From the UHGV virus genome UHGV-0125529: DNA of 12,733 bases. The stretch is one strand, 5' to 3'. How positions within the stretch are numbered: the stretch's first letter is position 1; each line of letters starts with the position of its first letter. Below, in pieces: positions 7,207 to 12,733 of the stretch. Source of the DNA: a virus. Both the position numbers and the translations under genes were made by a program. The notes under the pieces were generated by a model. It did no database searches and had not been told where the DNA came from. It worked only from the letters and a program-made list of their open reading frames with translations.

Positions 7207-7422
7207 ATGAGTACGATAGCTGAGCTTGTCAGGGCTAATTTTCGTGAAGAGTTGGTGCGTTGGTATCGGTATCGTTCATCGTCCAGTTTGCCGCTTGATG
7301 AGTTGTATGAGCATTCACCTGCCGCACGACGCTATCCGCGTGACCGTGTTCTTCGACGGTTGTTCAAACTCAACAATGAGTTTCAGCGCAACAGAATTAT
7401 CCGGAGTCTGGATTTAAAGTGA
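7207..7422 (+). CDS. Hypothetical nin-region protein (71 aa)
   Basis: ATG at 7207 with RBS GGAGG about 9 nt upstream; no family recognised. Confidence 0.5.
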   Translation: MSTIAELVRANFREELVRWYRYRSSSSLPLDELYEHSPAARRYPRDRVLRRLFKLNNEFQRNRIIRSLDLK

Positions 7423-7432
7423 AGGAGTGAGC

Positions 7433-7615
7433 ATGAGCGAGCAAATATTCAGAGAGATTAAGCCACGGTTTTATCGCAAGGTAAGGGTAGTTTATCAGGA
7501 CGAAAACAAGACCTGTGCATACGCCATTCATAATGGTCGGTGGTCAGTGTTCGACACCAAAAACTTCGAGAAGAACTTCGAGAGGATTAAGGGTGATGAG
7601 GAAACTAACATTTGA
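7433..7615 (+). CDS. Hypothetical nin-region protein (60 aa)
   Basis: ATG at 7433 with RBS GAAGGAG 5 nt upstream (track lists a GTG start at 7427); its 3' end overlaps the ninB start by 20 nt. Confidence 0.45.
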   Translation: MSEQIFREIKPRFYRKVRVVYQDENKTCAYAIHNGRWSVFDTKNFEKNFERIKGDEETNI

Positions 7616-8012
7616 ACTAAGAAGCCCCATCCATCAGCAGAACGCCATTCAAGCTATCCAGCAAATTCTTCCAGACCCAACCAAACCAATCGTAGTAACC
7701 ATTCAGGAACGCAACCGCAGCATTCGGCAAAATGCACGCCTTCACGCGATGCTATCTGAAATAAGTAAGAAGGCTACATATCATGGAAAAGCAAGAAATA
7801 TTGAGTTTTGGAAGGGGTTATTCGTTTCTGGTTGGCAGATTGCAACCAACCAGCACCCTGAGATTATATCAGGGTTAGAAGGTGAGCTAATAAACATCAG
7901 AGAGAGTACGGCGACTCTATCTGTAAAAAAAATATCCGAAATAATGGACTACATAGAAGCATATTGTGCCATGAACTCAATTAATCTTAGCGAATGGAGG
8001 AATTATGATTGA
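7596..8012 (+). CDS. ninB: NinB (Orf-family recombination protein)
   Basis: 138 aa from ATG 7596 (MRKLTFELRSPIHQQNAIQAIQQILPDPTKPIVVTIQERNRS...), closely matching my recollection of the lambda NinB N-terminus; the track ORF has a spurious N-terminal extension from 7515. Confidence 0.85.
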   Translation: MRKLTFELRSPIHQQNAIQAIQQILPDPTKPIVVTIQERNRSIRQNARLHAMLSEISKKATYHGKARNIEFWKGLFVSGWQIATNQHPEIISGLEGELINIRESTATLSVKKISEIMDYIEAYCAMNSINLSEWRNYD

Positions 8013-8607
8013 GGTTTGGGTAGATATCGAAGGAATTCCATTTTATCAGGTTAGCAATAAAGGAAATTTCAGGTCTATTACGAGGGAAATTACAGTAACA
8101 TCAACCAGACAGAGGCCATATAAGAAAATAATTAATGGCACTAGCGTAAAACCATTCAAGTGCAAGTCGACAGGATATCTTCAAATAAAGGTATACGGTA
8201 AGAAATACAGCACCCACAGGATAGTTGCGAAAGCATTCTGTACAGGGTTCTGTGATGGCTTGGTAGTTAATCACAAAAATGGGCAAAGAGATGACAATAG
8301 GGCTGAAAACCTTGAATGGGTATCACATTCTGAAAACTCAAAGCACGGATATAAACAAAATGGAAGAATACCTATATCGCTAGGTAAATTTAGTGGTGAT
8401 CATCCTGCCAGTAAAGCTGTTATTTCTACTGACATGAAAACTGGGGAGGAGGTTTATTATGAAGCAGCTATGGATGCTGTCAGAGAAGGATTTGATAGTT
8501 CGTCAATTAGTCGTTGCTGTAATGGCGAAAGCTCATATCACAAAGGAAGATTCTGGCGATTTGCAAATGAAACAATGAAAGCAAGATGGGGAGACAGGGC
8601 GGCATGA
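8005..8607 (+). CDS. HNH homing endonuclease (NUMOD4-like N-terminal motif, HNH core, C-terminal DNA-binding region)
   Basis: 200 aa; RBS GGAGG 4 nt before the ATG; N-terminal [20 protein letters not shown] (NUMOD4-like); HNH core HRIVAKAF...[25 protein letters not shown]; overlaps the ninB stop by 8 nt. Confidence 0.85.
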   Translation: MIEVWVDIEGIPFYQVSNKGNFRSITREITVTSTRQRPYKKIINGTSVKPFKCKSTGYLQIKVYGKKYSTHRIVAKAFCTGFCDGLVVNHKNGQRDDNRAENLEWVSHSENSKHGYKQNGRIPISLGKFSGDHPASKAVISTDMKTGEEVYYEAAMDAVREGFDSSSISRCCNGESSYHKGRFWRFANETMKARWGDRAA

Positions 8608-8753
8608 GGCGACAGCGACGAAGTTTCACCGACATCATCTGCGAAAACTGCAAATACCTTCCAACGAAACGCTCCAGAAATTTAGTTTTGAGCAGAATAC
8701 CATGATGTCAGTGCAAGGGGGAGAAAGTCTCCTCATTATCTGATTCGCAATTT

Positions 8754-8799
8754 ACGTGCATATTTAAATATTGCACGTTACAACGTGCATGTGTATAAT
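8754..8799 (+). promoter_or_regulatory. Sigma70-type promoter with overlapping palindromic operator for the downstream moron gene
   Basis: -35 TTGCAC (8771-8776), 17-bp spacer, consensus -10 TATAAT (8794-8799) with TG dinucleotides immediately upstream. Three copies of the ACGTGCA/TGCACGT motif in alternating orientation (8754-8760, 8772-8778, 8783-8789), including the palindrome TGCACGTT-AC-AACGTGCA across the -35 and spacer. Confidence 0.5.
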
Positions 8800-8830
8800 T
8801 GACTTATCAATCACAACACGAGATATGCTC

Positions 8831-9838
8831 ATGAAAAATGATGATGTTAGTGGGAAGGCCAAAGGCGGTAAGGCACGCGCGGCAAAAATGACAGCAGAGC
8901 AAAGAAAAGAATCCTCAAGAAAGGCTGTTGCCGCAAAAAAAGAAAAAGCTTTATTGCCCGTATCTGCGAATGAGGGAAAGTTAAAGATCGGTGATGCGGA
9001 ATTAGATGTCGCGGTTCTCGAAAATGGACGGCGTATCATATCACAAGCTTCTGTTTTTAAAGCATTTGGCCGACCACAAAGAGGGGGTAGAGCACCTCAA
9101 GAAGAGGGGGTGATCAATATGCCCGCTTTTATGGATGCTGCAAACCTTAAAAAATATATAAATCAAGATGTTATGGGTGTGATCAATAAGGTCAAATACA
9201 AGACGATTACTGGCTCCGTCCAGGAAGGTTATGACGCATCCATAATACCTCTTGTCTGCGATGTTTATTTAAAGGCAAGAGAGGCAGGCGCTATCACCAG
9301 GCCAAACCAGTTAGAGACAGCCAAGAAAGCTGAAATTCTGGTGCGCTCATTAGCTAAAGTCGGAATAATAGCGCTTGTTGATGAAGCGACGGGGTACCAG
9401 CGAGATAGAGAAAAAGATGCGCTCGCCAAAATACTCGAGGCCTTTGTCGCAAAGGAAATTCAACCTTATATTACAACATTTCCTGCTGATTATTATGAAG
9501 AGCTTTTCAGGTTAAGGGGCTTAGAATACCCGCCGGAAAATCCCCGCTTCCGGCCTCAGTATTTTGGCGTTTTGACAAATGATATCGTCTACAAGAGATT
9601 GGCACCAAACATCCTTGAGGAGCTTAAAAAGCAGAACGTAAAGGCCTCAAAAGGTACAAAGTTGTTTCAGGGGCTGACGCCAAATATTGGATATCAAAAA
9701 TTAAGAGAGCATCTGTCATCAACCGTTACGATTATGAAGCTATCTAACGACTATTCAGATTTTATTGCAAAAATGAATCGCCTGCATCCAAGGTTTGAGG
9801 ATGTGAAAACAGACGAACTGGATGATTCAGACAAGTAA
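8831..9838 (+). CDS. Hypothetical protein (335 aa) with lysine-rich N-terminal tail; moron-like cargo gene
   Basis: ATG at 8831 (alternative 8825), weak RBS; N-terminal basic tail KAKGGKARAAKMTAEQRKESSRKAVAAKKEK; has its own promoter/operator upstream and a terminator pair downstream. Family not recognised with confidence. Confidence 0.7.
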   Translation: MKNDDVSGKAKGGKARAAKMTAEQRKESSRKAVAAKKEKALLPVSANEGKLKIGDAELDVAVLENGRRIISQASVFKAFGRPQRGGRAPQEEGVINMPAFMDAANLKKYINQDVMGVINKVKYKTITGSVQEGYDASIIPLVCDVYLKAREAGAITRPNQLETAKKAEILVRSLAKVGIIALVDEATGYQRDREKDALAKILEAFVAKEIQPYITTFPADYYEELFRLRGLEYPPENPRFRPQYFGVLTNDIVYKRLAPNILEELKKQNVKASKGTKLFQGLTPNIGYQKLREHLSSTVTIMKLSNDYSDFIAKMNRLHPRFEDVKTDELDDSDK

Positions 9839-9845
9839 CAGTAAC

Positions 9846-9866
9846 CCACCTTCAGGTGGTTTTTTT
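9846..9866 (+). terminator. Rho-independent terminator
   Basis: CCACCT / AGGTGG stem around a short loop, followed by TTTTTTT, 8 nt after the stop of CDS 8831..9838. Confidence 0.7.
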
Positions 9867-9933
9867 GTACAAATCCTTCAGCGTAAGTTTACCTCCTTCA
9901 CTGCATTACTACTGACCATTGACAACTTAACAA

Positions 9934-9959
9934 ACCCAGCTTCGGCTGGGTTTTTTATT
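9934..9959 (+). terminator. Second rho-independent terminator
   Basis: ACCCAGC-TTCG-GCTGGGT hairpin (tetraloop) followed by TTTTTTATT. Confidence 0.7.
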
Positions 9960-9989
9960 GGTGAATTTTCAATATGAGAGGACATGACA

Positions 9990-10712
9990 ATGAACGAGCT
10001 GATAAATAGCAACGTCATCAAAATGACTAGCATTGAAATCGCTGAGCTTACAGGTAAGCGTCATGACAATGTGAAACGAACCATCGAAACGCTGGTTAAA
10101 AGTGGAGTTATCCGGCTTCCTCAAATTGAGGTTTCCGAAAGAATCAATAACTTAGGGTTCAATGTTCAGTACGAGCATTACGTCTTCGAAGGCGAAAAAG
10201 GTAAGCGCGACAGCATTATTGTCGTCGCTCAGTTGTCGCCGGAATTCACCGCTCGTCTTGTTGACCGTTGGCGAGAACTCGAAGGGGCAACCGCGAAAAT
10301 ACCACAAACCTTTTCTGAGGCATTGCGCCTTGCGGCCGACCTTGAAGACCAGAAGGCTGAACTGGAGAAACAGCTTGCTCTCGCAGCACCTAAAGTTGAG
10401 TTTGCCGATCGCGTTGGCGAGGCCAGCGGAATTTTGATTGGAAACTATGCAAAGGTTGTTGGAATTGGTCCAAACAAACTGTTTGCGTGGATGCGCGATC
10501 ACAAAATCCTTATTACTTCAGGTGCCCGGCGCAATGTGCCAATGCAGGAATATATGGAGCGCGGCTATTTCACAGTGAAAGAAACAGCGGTCAACACAAA
10601 TCACGGAATACAGATATCGTTCACCACAAAAATCACCGGGCGTGGTCAACAGTGGCTGACCAGAAAGCTGCTCGATAACGGAATGCTGAAAGTAACAGGG
10701 GAGGCTGCTTAA
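9990..10712 (+). CDS. Rha-family phage regulatory protein with C-terminal KilAC/antirepressor-like domain
   Basis: RBS GAGAGG 8 nt upstream of ATG 9990; N-terminal [24 protein letters not shown] is typical of the Rha N-terminal domain; C-terminal half (...[24 protein letters not shown]...) resembles KilAC/antirepressor domains. Confidence 0.75.
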   Translation: MNELINSNVIKMTSIEIAELTGKRHDNVKRTIETLVKSGVIRLPQIEVSERINNLGFNVQYEHYVFEGEKGKRDSIIVVAQLSPEFTARLVDRWRELEGATAKIPQTFSEALRLAADLEDQKAELEKQLALAAPKVEFADRVGEASGILIGNYAKVVGIGPNKLFAWMRDHKILITSGARRNVPMQEYMERGYFTVKETAVNTNHGIQISFTTKITGRGQQWLTRKLLDNGMLKVTGEAA

Positions 10713-11317
10713 TGGCTAAACCAGCGCGAAGGAAATGCAAAATATGCAAAGAATGGTTTCACCCGGCATTCTCAAATCAGTGGTGGTGCTGCCCGGAACA
10801 CGGAACTCAATTAGCACTCGAACGACGAAGTAAAGAACGCGAAAAAGCGGAAAAAGCAGCAGAGAAGAAACGACGACGAGAGGAGCAGAAACAGAAAGAT
10901 AAACTGAAGATTCGAAAACTCGCCTTAAAGCCCCGCAGTTACTGGATTAAACAAGCCCAACAAGCCGTAAACGCCTTCATCAGAGAAAGAGACCGCGACT
11001 TACCATGTATCTCGTGCGGAACGCTCACGTCTGCTCAGTGGGATGCCGGACATTACCGGACAACTGCTGCGGCACCTCAACTCCGATTTGATGAACGCAA
11101 TATTCACAAGCAATGCGTGGTGTGCAACCAGCACAAAAGCGGAAATCTCGTTCCGTATCGCGTCGAACTGATTAGCCGCATCGGGCAGGAAGCAGTAGAT
11201 GAAATCGAATCAAACCATAACCGCCATCGCTGGACTGTCGAAGAGTGCAGGGCCATCAAGGCAGAGTACCAACAGAAACTCAAAGACCTGCGAAACAGCA
11301 GAAGTGAGGCCGCATGA
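10712..11317 (+). CDS. ninG: NinG / Rap recombination-associated Holliday-junction endonuclease
   Basis: 201 aa, near-identical over most of its length to my recollection of lambda NinG (Rap), including the Cys-rich motifs ([10 protein letters not shown]...CCPEHG; CISCG...CVVCN); start overlaps the upstream stop (TAATG). Confidence 0.9.
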   Translation: MAKPARRKCKICKEWFHPAFSNQWWCCPEHGTQLALERRSKEREKAEKAAEKKRRREEQKQKDKLKIRKLALKPRSYWIKQAQQAVNAFIRERDRDLPCISCGTLTSAQWDAGHYRTTAAAPQLRFDERNIHKQCVVCNQHKSGNLVPYRVELISRIGQEAVDEIESNHNRHRWTVEECRAIKAEYQQKLKDLRNSRSEAA

Positions 11318-11360
11318 CGCTCTCAGTAAAAACCATTCCAGATAACAAGGGAGAAGTCGC

Positions 11361-11879
11361 ATGGGCATAAGAGAACTAAACCTCACCAAAGAACAGCACG
11401 ATTGGCTGAATGGCTGGCTTGAACTGTGGGGCGCATGGGTTTATTCAGGTCGTCTGGAAAAGCGCATGAGCAGCGTAATAGCGAAGTTCATGGAGAGCGT
11501 AGAGCCGGGAAGAGTTATGACAAGACCAATGTGTAATGATGATGATGGAATGTTGATTTCTCAGGTCGTCGATTCCGTCATGTACATTGACAAGAAAGCC
11601 TTTGGCATCCTCCTCAGCTACTACGCTCATGGTTCATCTAAGAGAGCAATTGCATCCTACTATCACGCGACTGCAAAGCCACGCAAGATGTGTGGACGCG
11701 GTGGCGAGGGATGGAGAAAACCTTCACTGGCAACCTGTAGAAACGAAATTGACGATATCCTGAAAGCGTCATTATTTGTTTTGTACCAACCAATGCAAAA
11801 TGCTTTCAAAATGCGTAAACGTGTTGAGAAAGTTAAGCATGTTGCTGTTAAAAGCCTTGACATGCAATTAGCCATTTAG
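11361..11879 (+). CDS. Q: Late-gene antiterminator Q (phage 82 / QuuD-like family)
   Basis: 172 aa, RBS GGGAGAAG; motifs WGAW near the N-terminus and RPMCNDDDGMLISQVVD resemble the Q family found in phage 82 and E. coli QuuD; sits after ninG and before a strong promoter, as Q does in lambdoid phages. Confidence 0.8.
   Translation: MGIRELNLTKEQHDWLNGWLELWGAWVYSGRLEKRMSSVIAKFMESVEPGRVMTRPMCNDDDGMLISQVVDSVMYIDKKAFGILLSYYAHGSSKRAIASYYHATAKPRKMCGRGGEGWRKPSLATCRNEIDDILKASLFVLYQPMQNAFKMRKRVEKVKHVAVKSLDMQLAI
11847..11876 (+). promoter_or_regulatory. Candidate late promoter PR' (Q-utilisation region)
   Basis: Perfect -35 TTGACA (11847-11852), 18-bp spacer, -10 CATAAT (11871-11876), overlapping the 3' end of Q. 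Confidence 0.5.
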
Positions 11880-11896
11880 CCATAATTAGAGGGTAA

Positions 11897-11939
11897 GCTG
11901 CCGTTAGTGACTCTTAAGTTGCAACGGTGGCTTTTTTTA
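11897..11939 (+). terminator. Candidate tR'-like terminator, about 50 nt downstream of the PR' start
   Basis: Imperfect hairpin GCTGCCGTT ... AACGGTGGC (includes G-U pairs and a large loop) followed by TTTTTTTAT. Confidence 0.4.
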
Positions 11940-11942
11940 TTT

Positions 11943-12017
11943 GGGTCAGTCGTATAAAGGTCATTACGGAAGGCTGTTAACCTTCTTATCGTGGTTCGAT
12001 TCCCGCTACCCGCTCCA
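11943..12017 (+). tRNA. tRNA-like element, probably degenerate (Asn-type GUU anticodon arm)
   Basis: Perfect anticodon stem-loop GAAGG-CTGTTAA-CCTTC (11969-11985; U33, anticodon GTT, A37); D-arm-like CGTA-N10-TACG (11951-11968); T-loop consensus GGTTCGATTCC (11993-12003) followed at canonical distance by CCA (12015-12017). The T-stem and acceptor stem pair poorly, so it may be a pseudo-tRNA. Confidence 0.3.
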
Positions 12018-12030
12018 GATTTATTATCAG

Positions 12031-12053
12031 GCTCGCTTCGGCGGGCTTTTTTT
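12031..12053 (+). terminator. Rho-independent terminator
   Basis: GCTCGC-TTCG-GCGGGC hairpin (one G-U pair) followed by TTTTTTT. Confidence 0.65.
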
Positions 12054-12185
12054 GTATCTGCGCCACGCCCGGCGCATATCAACCACAGAGCCTTTCGGGG
12101 GTGAGCTTACGGAGTGGTCAGTGTGACTTTCTCTGTGGGCAGATCGCTCCCGGGCGTTGGCTCACCCACCCAAAGGAACGTCACG

Positions 12186-12617
12186 ATGTTTGGTATTTTT
12201 GGTAAAAAAGCCCGCCGAGCGGCAGTGGAAATTAAAAAGTTTGAGAAACGTGATCTGGCACAGGCGGTTATTAATGCTGCCTATCTGGTGGCCTATGCAG
12301 ATGGTGAATGTGAGGCTTCAGAGAAAGCGAAGATCGAGCAGGTCTTGCGTAACCAGCCTGCGTTGTCCGCGTTTACGTCAGAAATTAATGCGATTAGCGC
12401 AACCATTATCGGTCAGCTGGATACGAACTTTAAAATTGGTCGTCGAGCGGCGTTACGTGAGATCGAGGATGTGAAACACGATACGCGTGAAGCGGAAGAC
12501 GTGCTGGATGTGGCGGTGGCCATTGCCGAAGCAGACGGCGAAATAGAGCCGGAAGAGCGCAAGGTGCTGGAAGAGATTGCCGGTGTCCTGGGCCTTCGTC
12601 TGGAGAATCATCTGTGA
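12186..12617 (+). CDS. TerB-like (tellurite-resistance TerB family) domain protein
   Basis: 143 aa from ATG 12186 (RBS AAGGAA 8 nt upstream; track lists a GTG start at 12114). Two acidic repeats of the TerB type (LVAYADGECEASEKAKIEQ and AIAEADGEIEPEERKVLEEI). GC-richer than the phage genes upstream. Confidence 0.65.
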   Translation: MFGIFGKKARRAAVEIKKFEKRDLAQAVINAAYLVAYADGECEASEKAKIEQVLRNQPALSAFTSEINAISATIIGQLDTNFKIGRRAALREIEDVKHDTREAEDVLDVAVAIAEADGEIEPEERKVLEEIAGVLGLRLENHL

Positions 12618-12625
12618 CGGTAAAA

Positions 12626-12733
12626 ATGCGTCTGGCTGTGGTTGCGCTCCTGCTGTTTCTGGTGGTGATGGTGGACTTCAGCAGCCGGATAATGTCAGTG
12701 CTGGCTGACGGTGTGCTGGTGGCGGGGGGAGGG
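12626..12733 (+). CDS. Membrane or secreted protein, 5' fragment only (runs off the window)
   Basis: ATG at 12626 eight nt after the TerB-like stop; strongly hydrophobic N-terminus MRLAVVALLLFLVVMVDF...; weak RBS; truncated by the window end. Confidence 0.35.
   Translation, partial: MRLAVVALLLFLVVMVDFSSRIMSVLADGVLVAGGG

Noticed and set aside
7118-7210. 30-aa hydrophobic ORF (MTIYITELVTGLLVIAGLFIWGRVIGGFKK) coupled between the helicase stop and CDS 7207
   Set aside because: Its hydrophobic core is encoded by the stem of the terminator hairpin at 7147-7178 and no RBS is evident; it could still be a real small membrane peptide, but the evidence is insufficient.
9919-9924. Consensus TTGACA hexamer between the two terminators
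   Set aside because: No acceptable -10 element at 16-19 bp spacing; probably fortuitous.
10152-10502. 116-aa minus-strand ORF inside the rha-like gene
   Set aside because: Antisense overlap with a CDS that has a recognisable Rha N-terminal domain; no RBS.
11943-12017. tRNA-like element as a phage attachment core or prophage boundary
   Set aside because: An att duplicate would be a perfect copy of a tRNA 3' end, whereas here the anticodon arm is intact and the T and acceptor stems are broken; the position after Q matches phage tRNA islands better. Kept as a low-confidence tRNA-like feature instead.
12114-12185. GTG-initiated N-terminal extension of the TerB-like ORF
   Set aside because: The internal ATG at 12186 has a good RBS (AAGGAA, 8 nt) and the extension overlaps the terminator region.

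Overview
This window reads as the early and regulatory half of a mosaic lambdoid (lambda/P22-like) enterobacterial prophage. In order: a leftward N operon (N-like antiterminator with a P22-type nutL boxB, plus one downstream unknown gene); an immunity region with a CI-like HTH/S24-peptidase repressor divergent from a Cro-like gene across a three-operator OR; CII; a replication module (O-like initiator carrying four palindromic iterons, then a T7 gp4-like primase-helicase in place of lambda P); a rearranged nin region (NinB, an HNH homing endonuclease, a self-contained promoter-gene-terminator moron, a Rha/KilAC regulator, NinG/Rap); a Q antiterminator with a PR'-like promoter; and a tRNA-like element between two terminators. 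The window ends in GC-richer sequence encoding a TerB-like protein and the start of a membrane protein where lysis genes would be expected. The strongest candidate for an undescribed system is the AT-rich 341-aa single-pass membrane protein sitting exactly where lambda carries rexAB (between cI and the PL/N region), with its own RBS, a possible private promoter and a terminator. All homology statements come from reading the translations against remembered lambda, P22 and T7 proteins; no database search was run, and coordinates of regulatory sites were counted by hand.
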